Virus record (IMG/VR): IMGVR_UViG_3300009130_000028
Location: 1,441 to 65,440 of that record
Strand: one strand, 5' to 3'
Source of the DNA: a virus
Taxonomy: Duplodnaviria > Caudoviricetes
DNA length: 64,000 nt
Shown in pieces: positions 42,001 to 49,450 of this stretch. Under the pieces are notes generated by a model. It saw only the letters and a list, made by a program, of their open reading frames with translations, searched no databases and was not told where the DNA came from. Numbering within the stretch: the stretch's first letter is position 1; each line of letters starts with the position of its first letter. A program made the position numbers and the translations under genes.

Positions 42001-43539
42001 AGAAGATTTGGAATTCCTTTGAAAAAATTAGATTACTATTTTCCATTAAGTTTTGGTAGCAATGACCAGATATCAGGTATTATGGCAGATAATAAATCTT
42101 CTTTTGTAACTGACTTTAGGTCTTCTAAAAATAGGTCGGTTAGCGCAATGGTAGCTGGTCTTCGTCTTGATGATGCGTCTACTATATTCCAGAGGTCTAA
42201 AAACCAATCTGCAGCATATTATGCATATGCAAACGATATAGACAATTTAGAAAAGCTTATGACTCTTTTGAAGGTTACGGATATCGAAGGATATAACAAA
42301 GAAGAAAAAGCTAATATAATTGGATATATTAAAGAGTATAAAGACTATTTGAATAACTATAGGGCTACAGAGGGTCTTACTGGAGACTTTACGAATAGAG
42401 CGGTTCAGGCTGGTCTTAATAACTTTCAGTTAGCTGTTTTGGGTGCAAACCCATTTGTTGCATTAAAACAAATTTCTTCATCTTTAGTTACTGCACATAA
42501 ATTTGGAATGGGAAATGCAACTCTTTATGCTCAGGGAGGAAAATATCCTAGAGCTGCTATGGGTATATTGACATCCAGTTATGGTAAAGCAAAGTTTAAT
42601 TGGAATGACCCAAAGCTTGGAGAATTAAACATGGAGCATCCTATTGTAAAAGAAGCAATGGATTTGTCTCCTATGATTAGACAAAGGCTTGAAGGATACA
42701 TAAACAGAGACCTTGGAGAATATATTTCCTCTAAAAAGAAGGGGCTTGGGTTAAAACCAAAGAAAACAGATTTAGGACCATTTGGGAAATGGGATTTTAC
42801 AAAATCTATGGAGTGGATTAAAATAAACGACACCTTTACTGTCATGTCTATTTTCTTGCAAGTAAAAGACGAGGTTGCTGAATCCCATCCAAATCTTACT
42901 GGAGCAGAAAGAAATGCTGTTATAAAGAAAAGGTTTGAAGAGGTGGTTAATGATACACAACCTACATTTGGTCAGGTAAATAGAACTAATTTCGGAAGAA
43001 CTCAAAATCCCTGGATACGTATATTTACAATGTTTACCTCTCAAAGAGCCAAAAATGCAAATATGATGGTTGATACTATGAACGAGATGGCATTAGACCC
43101 AAATAGCGATTCTAAGGCTAAGTTAATGGCTACCCTTGTTTCTGTTGGTTTGATGAATGCATTGGCTATAACAAGCATAGATGTTTTAAGAAATGTTCTT
43201 TACGGCAACTATGGAGAAGATGATGAAGATGCGGTAATGAAAGATATACTTGGTCTTTCACTTAGCTCTTTTGTTACTAATTTTTATTTTGGAAGCTTAA
43301 CGACTCCTACGTTTAATTATCTTATGGAAAAGCCTTATGGTCAAGAACTTACTCATCCTTTATTTCAAACAGGCAGTCAGGCACTTAGGGGGCTTGGTCA
43401 GGTTGCAGGCGGAAAGCCAGCTGATGGTTTATATAATATGACCTCCGCTGCATCTAAATTTATTGGCGCTCCACAAACACCATTAACTATTTTAAATAAA
43501 ATGCGTAAGGGGGTAGTAGCCAAAATGGAGGAAGATTAA
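30100..43539 (+). CDS. giant virion-packaged two-barrel RNA polymerase / polyvalent ejection protein
   Basis: WRIPDSG followed by catalytic SDFDGD (DFDGD at 37462-37476); N-terminal Gly/Ala TM region; two HExxH zincin motifs; C-terminal helical domain. Confidence 0.9.
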   Translation: MAEEDVKNIRSIYDENVGSSPSIASEGSGVTPDLVSGGDTEFSQADIDAAKKILADNNTSAESVLNTMGQQSFRIGEAPLGVTMAIEQPELTRPYFSYKGSVGEDLAASIWNGGVVRTTAGIKMFVPSVAKAFGAGEWADDWINEAVEWNRHSQASISDAGKEDFFDTFTANAFAAGFGQGLGSVLPIFAAAGLTAATGGVAGVVGGFGYSSAAAATGATAWGMGSAAATAAAGTTATVTAASLNMLPGLMEEGLQNGLTHQEASRVALTIAPIVGAMEKVGLDYVVKAGTKSLSGSIAREAYKKSLNKIGKEGLTGNQFGRFATNMFQEISEAYAKKGGGFKAASQVMKEELKMYGKAVGFSALEGSGIEFLQETSQSLVETVGKQMYDMAFADAEATKGKGKFGADIKSKETWTRALKEGFYGGLVGASIAGAGRAGTGWQRQTILDALDSAKREGRGSFDRVLKNIHRSVAESDNDTAVKNSLNDMVDEMAEMVGNAELQTVTDNKARMQILQFGLLSKNLSEKIDDIAIKNVVPEAISDINKLKVTRLAERQEGIKKAVAETYETGIPYDEKQDKYNIFGDQEARDVAAAEKIIADSDLTEDEDKRILEFQERTGITPEYLDEYIDVPKPVETTIARVENGIPTDINAVQNASNYLYGAVKRIQAARKSDTRTLTTEQLDSMEEQLGEQITKLENYVTEFKTGEQKVSKPKEQAEISKPPQKGKGRADQRTATELGEQDQAPNWKSLIEESVSEKELNAVQDQIAKAREQGDISLDDDIEYTDAIAIKRKSFPPSPEAQPEAEPEIEQEEVLDKGIRKAFKDVGKDADESLIGKIKNFIKGKLVGKKAKINTDKDGEAEIVKDKGDKVLLADGRTVNKTSLEPAGRKKGRPYEPTKEDVEEIDKPKQPTAPAKEVTDTDLDEFFAEKAKDYKDATSILRDVKEHFKKEEITDADLDKFFKEKAKDYKDATSVLKNVKEHLKKEKEVTDADLDKFFDEKAKDYKDASSILKDVKEHFRKEKEITDADLDEFFAEKAKDYKDATSAIKDVKEHFRKEKEKQEEKGTVSETQDIFDELSKEYDKTIDEVNKRSDKNGDGQLEIKFDSRTGYSESISSNPEFYHKMVSHLNKLFPKLTISHFSKIIGERGVEILGDIKGFDVRISENKATQDTVVHEIGHKYVPFIAGEKLYHEGLNLIKDTDYYKDAQELYPDKTSAEQAEEALMNMVATTTVEELKVKLGEGKVNLLRKALQWLKRYWNKIRNTFSKTRNIDTIVKEISLDIALRDTPVDVDGVLIKNNRESRLKGVEEEAGKKLGALRSGYMNAAISLIGSNKKLTREQIKRELILNMLSSWVNGYRANVKSKTQEQKFTEAKNFITKNNSILEKYTDNLYSKIGMNISPDDLIAHLRDMDTASQNSSLDYDNTLEDTQYFLSESSEIDPKLASVLSLFTDKDGNTIPPHRTYNIAIYNNMKSKSPSDWMSNLRKFIKKEGSFDKGSDHAYATNIFSILNSMSNTRRTEIIRGLFSLRSNPSIWIEQSFNPSEGSIALHDRSTRNPVNKTRIKKAIVRRSRQKVRDAIISAMSTTSKTSSDIIKERIKKISEIESLSRELKAKNLSSVKRFEMLNKLQSLTKILSGYNIRYEWFSGSIDSATAALLEKPLYLKGNKKYLNFVDALANQERTFWRLYDAKQKNEVIDLNKILDNYASDTDRLSQALFGPNPSQSEIKLYSDIDKASKRLDASIHEASGNIASSSSSSTTGPDAMGRQNPNHRVGGFLHDIARKVNISTKYNSGLKNNPVFNLDTNILKENAVKAGNKLLSQDSPARALNKTFSSIREDIVSLWKSNEGLVNTVAIDNAFVSRQGTKDYSIQEQKDYDSFTTALSGFYQFISNPSSKNYYQSAGILSSREHNFLIKMPKIENKDYRTEAGKKFTRHQVILAGIELSLTPEQRKNLNEVVPTIKKAESDIRWFMNKYYKYTKDNNIKSIKGIKDADIENSIREYVYNDAINRWVISNLIVGDLTKFSESGKGVAEILKRQGGTVSPREEVGLGKPLNVVVLEDFYLTKDGEIYQGEQRSKDDTNVSDSQTYENDYISSKIRETALKDMGYTHKVIYNNVTGEGEFTYIKQSSRSFENLDSDAVRNINDSVSAKIAKFLKKKNKFGEPIFGNKPVQVVFKSALKSPLKKGLKTYMVDELSEKSDISEGDLVLEDSGFGVQLNLSKDATSPDATIALSTQMSKGLTAYHPESKEMNRKWESLVAKRMKEQMKDSLSKGDRIANPKDALNKIQDSTGANFGTLGSRIASYLKEKFNNGLFTNESRLGHYDLSEKMENFMASLYNNNVLKIRVRGAELVQEADLSGELKDQFDEVSVEEINKFGLKKEHYYEDNGKNILKVSLARVPQGFARKGDRLVGWRIPDSGPVTESAAIVVGYTPKDSSSVQLGAKWIRRSDSDFDGDQFFAWKDTKQKKRATESEMFNFAFDMFSHPNRRGAVEKDLDVASIGKKGGTLDGIYKKLGKKREGIGDVSTLKGFSEMKSRIKDATHMIDYFAVTTKMLNVFELNDMSLAKPISIFGKNKSKLTNENLNDAARALQLMIDNPNHLIAHETGITSKNANVASVFLMSGFTLDEMMHFMLTDPVIELTKRLGDVNYSDKSSSTIIAEMKEEFKDEMTKVNIMDGTQKSWESILNEYSNALNVSYNLKNARTIVQMDKNMPKNRTEVDNMVKSFEGIKNDRIVKHGNLQDSPLVKEYKTLLGMYMNDLNSTFSSLSEPKVMVADGPSRLSLDSSLKAGTDKISKKADISKIIDRNKTIALARKIFLNKKYESAEDVKNDLKNAVEQISLAKSVNSDNRIYNYLDIDTDSMTISPSVNQSIKDIDMDQEETLDASKIDELFSELSTQEQENLIKYSVLKEGFVSRRNGITSFLGDSVFDKYFSKLADKDYLSSEADGVYDDIAVMMNSNLYELPSDTRGLYGRDKEGIVVGDILKIDIASESDTPPMKYFKMRANNGDVYVYKAVEGRVKSFKGKKNIPSYTLYPIANISNQSINIMPGTSLDYYSANISDAKNIGITVPELSVKESIDELIPESVAVSENMNEKRKILYLLNNVSKKDTTSKDKPEEGGTPIDASSGFEFQKTDESSTVSHRKIRSTMHRLASKHGIQYEIINDPSLKGVAGFYNRATGTATINLAYVKEDTPFHEISHPFISAIKESNPKLYKSLASEIKNTPTGKATLDRVLKNNPELSKDEDRATEEAIVELLGRLSTISDTGLLNQLRRLLKSIARAIKALFTGKMSAKLPGEINPNMTIAALSEAIVDGDITLDKEMDVKSKNFIRKRIDAVNRILTNNYQMYQITQILNPVQKEVRKNISDIGFMTNEEFAVVSENHLMDGSYINKFRIPKEMEDKWLDKVKEKYPNAEVSQKEISEYPGYKKYLVELNNGEFISVYKLSNDSAINEDITNTSNLYFSKDGGTPTGPEMIIDENVFAGVPLDKNSVTTKDRATLKPAIPILQEFFNAIKDAPFLNEIRNQNLSLEAKSTAFLNKIVGTKQGEKEGKNAFDMFVKNLTDRYQKATKSNLPDEINVISVGKYSQIHGIPDVHKRIIMELMLTKGELDGVSVRDKRDMFVSMFKGKIPNLTTEQANEAIDIYESLYDAAIVLEYLNNTSVREDVNADGVPGIKQGYFISSDEGKPSYYRVDNILREDTSNKIGKTKRTRDAYLSKSKWMRFFKTLIDIPSKTFDIHGKKVSLNYKYNMLTPQTFAKVIFGLDKGIFNSVLYDSPNKAEENTILFNEGMVRAMKKSLSDDVKIQEKKYSELDKFFSEDSDKKDADKKRYNLKDIGITGDIGESSLTINQILTIYKYFKQPDVMERAFYGDRNTQKIYFGDTDSSADVRGGKVINKKTGKIISRSQFDITQQQAIDLVESIDNYQNLTTLKKELQNVYEMSDAMDAAYSHAHPMLSKTHERRFGIPLKKLDYYFPLSFGSNDQISGIMADNKSSFVTDFRSSKNRSVSAMVAGLRLDDASTIFQRSKNQSAAYYAYANDIDNLEKLMTLLKVTDIEGYNKEEKANIIGYIKEYKDYLNNYRATEGLTGDFTNRAVQAGLNNFQLAVLGANPFVALKQISSSLVTAHKFGMGNATLYAQGGKYPRAAMGILTSSYGKAKFNWNDPKLGELNMEHPIVKEAMDLSPMIRQRLEGYINRDLGEYISSKKKGLGLKPKKTDLGPFGKWDFTKSMEWIKINDTFTVMSIFLQVKDEVAESHPNLTGAERNAVIKKRFEEVVNDTQPTFGQVNRTNFGRTQNPWIRIFTMFTSQRAKNANMMVDTMNEMALDPNSDSKAKLMATLVSVGLMNALAITSIDVLRNVLYGNYGEDDEDAVMKDILGLSLSSFVTNFYFGSLTTPTFNYLMEKPYGQELTHPLFQTGSQALRGLGQVAGGKPADGLYNMTSAASKFIGAPQTPLTILNKMRKGVVAKMEED
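32851..33279 (+). repeat. four tandem 35-36-aa coding repeats inside the vRNAP gene
   Basis: E(V/I)TD(A/T)DLD(E/K)FFxEKAKDYKDA(T/S)SxLxxVKEH(F/L)xKE(K) x4. Confidence 0.95.
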
Positions 43540-43550
43540 CAAAGAAAAAC

Positions 43551-43560
43551 TATATTTGTA
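43551..43560 (+). promoter_or_regulatory. Bacteroidota-type -7 promoter element
   Basis: intergenic TATATTTGTA, 19 nt before ATG 43580. Confidence 0.5.
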
Positions 43561-43579
43561 ATAATGAAAAAACAAGAAA

Positions 43580-44293
43580 ATGGCTTTAACATTAGATTTT
43601 AGTATTACTCAAAGTACAGATTGCGGTACTCTTACATTTACTGAGACAACAGGCGATGGCACAGGAGGATATGGAGATGGAGGAAATCCTGTTTATACAG
43701 ATGTAAAGAATACGATTCTTCGAATTGAGTTACCCGATACAACAGTTCTTAATGTCCATAAAGATTATTTGCCTACACAAGCTGCTAATCCAAATGGAAC
43801 TCAAGATTATCTTCCTGCTGATGTAGGATATAATAAATTTCCTAATGGGGTATGGGATACAACCTTTAAGGTTTATACTACAGACACTGCATCTGGTGCA
43901 ATTGTTAATGGAACTGAATATATTGTTACTGGAGCAGGAGGCTCTATAACTTATGATGGAACCACATATACTCAAAACCAGACATTTACGGGAACGTCAG
44001 AAACCACATATACAGAGAATGTTGCATGTGAAGTTAATGTTTTTGAAGCTTCTAAGCAGTGTAATTTCTTGATATATTGTGGATTAAGAGATTGTTTAAA
44101 AACTTTATTATTGAGTAGGTGCAAGAAGCCTTGTGACTGCAGAGATGATTTTCATGCTGCAATGAATGAGCTTGTGATAGATTTTAACGCTGCACAACTT
44201 GCTTTTACTGCTCAGAATTATAAATGTGCAAATGATACTATATTGAGATTAGAAAAGCAGTGTAGTGGAATTTGTGATGATTGCGATTGCTAA
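43580..44293 (+). CDS. tail hub-like protein with Cys-rich C-terminus
   Basis: LTFTETTG...GGYG N-terminus; C-terminal helical region with many Cys (CKKPCDC, CDDCDC). Confidence 0.65.
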   Translation: MALTLDFSITQSTDCGTLTFTETTGDGTGGYGDGGNPVYTDVKNTILRIELPDTTVLNVHKDYLPTQAANPNGTQDYLPADVGYNKFPNGVWDTTFKVYTTDTASGAIVNGTEYIVTGAGGSITYDGTTYTQNQTFTGTSETTYTENVACEVNVFEASKQCNFLIYCGLRDCLKTLLLSRCKKPCDCRDDFHAAMNELVIDFNAAQLAFTAQNYKCANDTILRLEKQCSGICDDCDC

Positions 44294-44916
44294 TGGGGTC
44301 AATAACAGGAACAGCTTTACAACAACTTATCGAGGATAGCATGGCATCTGAGATATGTGAGAAGAACTCTAATTTGTGCTTAGGGAAAAAGACAGAAAAG
44401 ATATCATATAATCTTATGGTTCTTTACAATTATTGGGTATTGTGTGATATGTGTGATTTGACAAGTGAAGAAATAAACTGCATTGTAAATGATATCAATA
44501 AAACTTGTACCTTTACAAAACCTGTTAAGTTAAGTAAAGTTTACGTAGATAATGCAGAGGAACTAGCAGAGCAATCAAATACTGCTTTGTCTTGCTACGT
44601 TGAACAGACAAGCCATATATGTTCTGCAAGAACCCCTTCTGGTCAAGCATCTCATAAGGTAACTGCTACAGGTGGAACTTCTCCTTACACCTATTTGTGG
44701 ACCTGTCAAGCAGCTACTGGATATCCTTCTACCAGAATAGGGGATTGTTCTGCAATAACATTGTTAAATACAACAACATCTGTTATGACGGCTACATCAA
44801 TACCTTATTCTAAAGTTTTTACATTTAAGGTTGTTGTTACAGATGCATTAGGGAATACTTGCACTAAAGTAATTAATTATGATGACCTCTTGTGTCAGAC
44901 AGGAGCATACGGATAA
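44281..44916 (+). CDS. tail hub-like protein with Ig-like domain
   Basis: Cys-rich N-terminus; TATGGTSPYTYLW...VVVTDALG Ig/SprB-like repeat. Confidence 0.6.
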   Translation: MRLLMGSITGTALQQLIEDSMASEICEKNSNLCLGKKTEKISYNLMVLYNYWVLCDMCDLTSEEINCIVNDINKTCTFTKPVKLSKVYVDNAEELAEQSNTALSCYVEQTSHICSARTPSGQASHKVTATGGTSPYTYLWTCQAATGYPSTRIGDCSAITLLNTTTSVMTATSIPYSKVFTFKVVVTDALGNTCTKVINYDDLLCQTGAYG

Positions 44917-44926
44917 AAAATAGAAC

Positions 44927-47452
44927 ATGAGTGATTTTATAGTAAACCCCCCAGCCACTAGTTGCCCAGCGCCAACACCTAATGCTGGTGCTTCTAATAC
45001 TAGCCAGGTAACTTACGATGGTGCTACATTAGCCTGTTTTGGAAGTATTCCATCAGGAACCAATTTAAATACGCTTCTTACCTCTTTAAATTCATGGGCT
45101 TGTAATGTAAATACTTCAATAGAGTTTTGGGAGGGTCAGATTCAGGGTATGCAAACAAGCATATCTAACTTGCAGTCTTCTCTTGGCAACATAACCTCTG
45201 GAGAAATACAAGATGAGCATCTTACTGGTGCAGTTACTGCATATGCCTATCTTAATACTCCCACATTCCCAATAACGGGAACTACTACTACAGATACACT
45301 TACGGGTATTGATGGTGCTATAGGAACTATATGGACAGCCGTTACTGGAATAACTGGCGGTGGAACATTGGTTGGAGAAACAGAATGGCAAAATAGTATT
45401 GGAAATATAGGTATATCCAAATCAATATATAAGTCTAATGTTGCTCAGGGTGGAACAAGATTTGGAAAAGTTTCAGATGTAGGCTTGGTTGTAACCTTAG
45501 AGGATGGAACTGCCCAGGTATATGGAAGTGTTGCCAGTAGACAACAAGACTCTAAAACCCTTGATGCTACATCTGATAACTATCTTTATATTGATGTTTC
45601 TGATAAATCTCTTACAGGTGGGTATGTGCTAAAGTCTGTTGCTGTAGGCGCTCCAGCCCCTACCACTGGAGACGAAGAGGTTCCATTGTGGAAGTTTACT
45701 ACAGATGCTACATCTGTTACTGCTGAGTCAGATATAAGGGAGCTAAAGCAACTAGATGCTTCAGATATCACTGGAACGCTAGATGTAGCAACGCTTATTG
45801 GTGCAGGAACTATTACTCCTGCTATGCTAAACTTGAATGCTAAGATAGATTATGTCGCAGACTATTCGGGTAGTTATACCAATAGGTCTTTGGTAGACAA
45901 GCAATATGTAGATACCGCTGTATCTGGAGCTAGTGGATATTGGACACAATCGGGGTCTAATTTAGAATATACTTCAGGAAGAATACAGATAGGTGCAGGA
46001 GTTATAGATGCTACGGCTGTTTTAACCCTAAATGGGCAGATAAGAATTATTGATGGAACAGAGGGTGCTGGAAAGACTTTGGTTTCTGATGCTAATGGAA
46101 TAGGCACATGGACATCCTATCAGCCTTTTGTAACCATAAATGATGAAGGCTCTTTGGTTGAGGCATCTACTGCATCAATAGATTTTGTTGGTAGTGGAGT
46201 TACAGCAACCACTGATGGCTCTGGAAATGTGACTGTAACTATTACTGGGGCTGTTGCTGCATTGAATGATTTATCAGATGTGTCTGCTGCTGCTCCTTCG
46301 GATGGGGATATGCTTTCATATGACTCTGGAAGCACATCATGGATATCTAGTAGCACAATATATAGCTCTGGTGGTAATGTTAGAATAGGTGATGTTCCTG
46401 CTGGACCTCCTACTGAAAAACTGTTAATATACGATTCTGCTGGTGACGACTTACTCTCCTTAACTGGAACGGGAGGAACATATCTAAGCGTTGATACTGC
46501 TGGGCTAACCACTCAATCCACTCAATATAAGTATACGTTTACTGATGGCGGTGCTTCTCCATTAGGTGCTGGGAAGGTATTAACTAGCGATGCTAGTGGA
46601 AATGCTACATGGGAAAGTGTTACAAGCAATACCTTTTTATCCTTAACAGACACTCCAGCAAACTATACTGGAGATGCCTTAAAGGTTGTTAGAGTAAATG
46701 CTGGTGAGACAGCATTAGAATTTGCATCAATATCTGCTTCACCTGGAGGGTCTTCTGGCGATATTCAATGGAATAATGCTGGTGCATTTGCAGGAGGAAG
46801 CCCTATAGTCACTGATGGTACAACTATAGGAATTGGAAATGTACAACAAGGAGTACATTTAGTAAGAATAGATGGAGATTCTGGTTCTGCTTCCAGAATG
46901 TTACATATAGAACATGATGAAACTACTACAGCTTCATACGCTATAGAAACTAATCTTAGCGGTGTTTCTGTAGCAGAAAAGTATTTTGCTAATGTAAGAG
47001 TTGATGGAGGTACAGAAAATCAAGGTTTGATAATTGCTTTAGAAGCAGGAGGTTATAATTCAACAATACCAGACCCCGCTGATATAGGATTAGGAATAGA
47101 ATTAAAACATACCACAAGAGCTAACTATGGTGTGTATGTAGATGCAACTTCTTCTAATTCGCAAACTAATTATGGTTTATATGCCAAGGTTTCTAATGCT
47201 GGAGCAGGAGCAGGATATGGACTTGTTGTAGAGAGTGGAGCTTCTATAATAGGAGGCACAGCACCAGATGCATCTGCTATGTTACAGGTAGATTCTACAA
47301 CACAAGGGTTTTTACCTCCACGAATGACTACAGTACAAAGGGCAGCTATAGCTCTACCTGCAACGGGATTAATAGTTTATAATACAACAACAAACCAATG
47401 GGAAGGCAATAGCGGTACTCCTGCCTCTCCATCTTGGGTAATACTTGGATAA
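44927..47452 (+). CDS. tail fibre protein
   Basis: Thr/Gly/Ser-rich mosaic with fibre motifs ALNDLSDV, FLSLTDTP, PGGSSGDIQWNN, DASAMLQVDSTTQGFLPPRMT. Confidence 0.85.
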   Translation: MSDFIVNPPATSCPAPTPNAGASNTSQVTYDGATLACFGSIPSGTNLNTLLTSLNSWACNVNTSIEFWEGQIQGMQTSISNLQSSLGNITSGEIQDEHLTGAVTAYAYLNTPTFPITGTTTTDTLTGIDGAIGTIWTAVTGITGGGTLVGETEWQNSIGNIGISKSIYKSNVAQGGTRFGKVSDVGLVVTLEDGTAQVYGSVASRQQDSKTLDATSDNYLYIDVSDKSLTGGYVLKSVAVGAPAPTTGDEEVPLWKFTTDATSVTAESDIRELKQLDASDITGTLDVATLIGAGTITPAMLNLNAKIDYVADYSGSYTNRSLVDKQYVDTAVSGASGYWTQSGSNLEYTSGRIQIGAGVIDATAVLTLNGQIRIIDGTEGAGKTLVSDANGIGTWTSYQPFVTINDEGSLVEASTASIDFVGSGVTATTDGSGNVTVTITGAVAALNDLSDVSAAAPSDGDMLSYDSGSTSWISSSTIYSSGGNVRIGDVPAGPPTEKLLIYDSAGDDLLSLTGTGGTYLSVDTAGLTTQSTQYKYTFTDGGASPLGAGKVLTSDASGNATWESVTSNTFLSLTDTPANYTGDALKVVRVNAGETALEFASISASPGGSSGDIQWNNAGAFAGGSPIVTDGTTIGIGNVQQGVHLVRIDGDSGSASRMLHIEHDETTTASYAIETNLSGVSVAEKYFANVRVDGGTENQGLIIALEAGGYNSTIPDPADIGLGIELKHTTRANYGVYVDATSSNSQTNYGLYAKVSNAGAGAGYGLVVESGASIIGGTAPDASAMLQVDSTTQGFLPPRMTTVQRAAIALPATGLIVYNTTTNQWEGNSGTPASPSWVILG

Positions 47453-47898
47453 TTATGGGAACATTATATGAAGTCGATGCAGCTACAGGTGCACTTACGA
47501 TAGAAAGCGATAAGACAGGAGCAAGTTATTTTAAGGCAGAGGTACTAATAACAAGTGGTAGTGTTAGTGGAAGTGCAAGTGATGTAGCAGTTCCAAGTTT
47601 GACATATACTATACCCGCAGGAAAAGGTGGGGATTATATTGTTTACGCAATGATAAGTGTAGATATTGATAATTCTGATATGAAGCCAATGAGCTTAATG
47701 GTATTTAAGAATGGTGTAAAAGAGGACTATTCAGAAACTATGGATTATGCCAAGAAAAATGAAAACCAGAGTTTGCAGTTAACTTATGCAATGGATGGAT
47801 TAGTAGCCACCGATGTTATTGCTATTTATGTAAATAACGACAGTACCGATATTACAACTATACTTCATGGTAGGTTATTAATGCAGTCATGGGCATAG
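47434..47898 (+). CDS. small beta-sandwich fibre/receptor-binding protein (C1q-like?)
   Basis: YTIPAGKGGDY...LVATDVIAIYV pattern; in the fibre module. Confidence 0.5.
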   Translation: MGNTWIIMGTLYEVDAATGALTIESDKTGASYFKAEVLITSGSVSGSASDVAVPSLTYTIPAGKGGDYIVYAMISVDIDNSDMKPMSLMVFKNGVKEDYSETMDYAKKNENQSLQLTYAMDGLVATDVIAIYVNNDSTDITTILHGRLLMQSWA

Positions 47899-48236
47899 AT
47901 TGTTTGAAGTGTATAAATAGTGCCTGTTGTAAAGAGCCAATAGCACAGGTTGACAGAAAAGAATATGAAAGATTGGTAGATTTGGGATATGAAAGCAATA
48001 TGGAAACTTATACAGATAGATTTATTGAGAGAAATCCAAGATATAAAGATAAAAAGGATATTTTTGATAATATGCACAAAGACATATTCGCATATTTAAA
48101 AAAAGGAGATGATGGATATTGTGAATTATTGGACAGAGAAACAATGCTTTGTACTATCTATAAGGACAGACCAAAAGTATGCGTAGAGTACAAAACGGAA
48201 AAGTGTAGTAAAATTAGAAAATTAATTAATGTTTAA
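47889..48236 (+). CDS. YkgJ-family CxxCxxxCC cysteine-cluster protein
   Basis: CLKCINSACC ... C.LLD....CTIY.DRP.VC. Confidence 0.85.
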   Translation: MGIDCLKCINSACCKEPIAQVDRKEYERLVDLGYESNMETYTDRFIERNPRYKDKKDIFDNMHKDIFAYLKKGDDGYCELLDRETMLCTIYKDRPKVCVEYKTEKCSKIRKLINV

Positions 48237-48247
48237 AGTTTAAGAAA

Positions 48248-48640
48248 ATGAAAATTACAAATTTACAGTTATTGCAAATAAATGATGCTTTGACATATTT
48301 GTCAGACTCAAATACAGAAGCTTGGTATCAGATTGGAAAGAATCTCAGGAAGATTAAAACTCCTATAGTGGAGTTTAGGGCTTCTCACCAAGATATTGTA
48401 GACAACTATGCTAAGAAAGACAAAGACGGCAATATAGAGTTTATTGATGAGCATAAGACTCAAATTAATTTTGGTAAAAATGGAGAAAAGGCAACAGAGC
48501 TTTGGAATAATTTAATGAATGAGGAAGTGGATATTGATTTTCACAAGATTAATTACAAAAAGGTTGGTAGTGCTTCTTTAGATGCTCTTAGGATAGAGCC
48601 TCTTTTAGATATAATAATAACAGAAAATGGGGAGAAATAG
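48248..48640 (+). CDS. conserved phage helical protein (possible fibre assembly chaperone)
   Basis: Y.IGKN..KI ... YAKKDKDG ... L.NEEVDI pattern typical of genes following fibres. Confidence 0.55.
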   Translation: MKITNLQLLQINDALTYLSDSNTEAWYQIGKNLRKIKTPIVEFRASHQDIVDNYAKKDKDGNIEFIDEHKTQINFGKNGEKATELWNNLMNEEVDIDFHKINYKKVGSASLDALRIEPLLDIIITENGEK

Positions 48641-48902
48641 CCTTGCTGGAACTAAAAAGGGTAAGAGTAGGACTGCTAGATTTTATCAGAAGAATAAAAA
48701 GGCTAGGGATAAGAAGAAGAGGTATGACAAGAAATATCATAGCACAGCTTTTAGAAGAGCATATAGGGCTATGTTGAATTTATGGAATAGGAAGAATAAA
48801 TCTAAGAAGGGTGATGGGAAGGATGCATCACATAAGAAAAACGGAAGGATAGCTAAAGAAGGTCAAAGTAAAAATAGAGCTAGAAATAGAGGTAAAAAAT
48901 AA
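48627..48902 (+). CDS. basic protein with degenerate HNH-like tail
   Basis: KGDGKDASHKKNG...SKNRARN. Confidence 0.6.
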   Translation: MGRNSLAGTKKGKSRTARFYQKNKKARDKKKRYDKKYHSTAFRRAYRAMLNLWNRKNKSKKGDGKDASHKKNGRIAKEGQSKNRARNRGKK

Positions 48903-48919
48903 CTTTTAATACAAGAAAC

Positions 48920-49450
48920 ATGAACATAAATGATTTATATAGGGAATTTGTTAATACTTTTCGAAGAGGTGCGGCTACTGTCGGAAAAACAAAGGTAGTT
49001 AAGCTGTCAGGCGCAGACATAGGTGCTGGAGCATCTGCTTATGCTGCTGGGGATGCCATAGGCTCTGTAATAACTTTGTCAGATGTATTTTTAAATGCAT
49101 CAGGTCAGTCAACATTAATGAGTGTAGCAATAGGGGATGGTAATAGCCAGGCACAAGACTTAGAGATTCTTGTTTTTGATTCCAATCCCACTGGAAGCAC
49201 AATTACAGATAATGCGGCAGTAAGCATTTCTTCTGATGAGCTTAGCTTATCTTGTGGCTCTGTTCTTGTGTCGTCAGCGGATTATAAGGCATATGCGACC
49301 AATTCTGTTGCCACTGTTAGAAATATAGGAATGCCAGTGTGGAATAATAATGGAACTGCTAATCTATATTTGGTTGTTGTTTCAAGAGGAACTCCAACTT
49401 ATAATGCAAATGGACTATCTATGTCTTTAACATTTTATCAGGATGCCTAA
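48920..49450 (+). CDS. putative structural beta-sandwich protein
   Basis: AYAAGDAIG...LYLVVVSRGTPTY; upstream of the LamG protein. Confidence 0.6.
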   Translation: MNINDLYREFVNTFRRGAATVGKTKVVKLSGADIGAGASAYAAGDAIGSVITLSDVFLNASGQSTLMSVAIGDGNSQAQDLEILVFDSNPTGSTITDNAAVSISSDELSLSCGSVLVSSADYKAYATNSVATVRNIGMPVWNNNGTANLYLVVVSRGTPTYNANGLSMSLTFYQDA

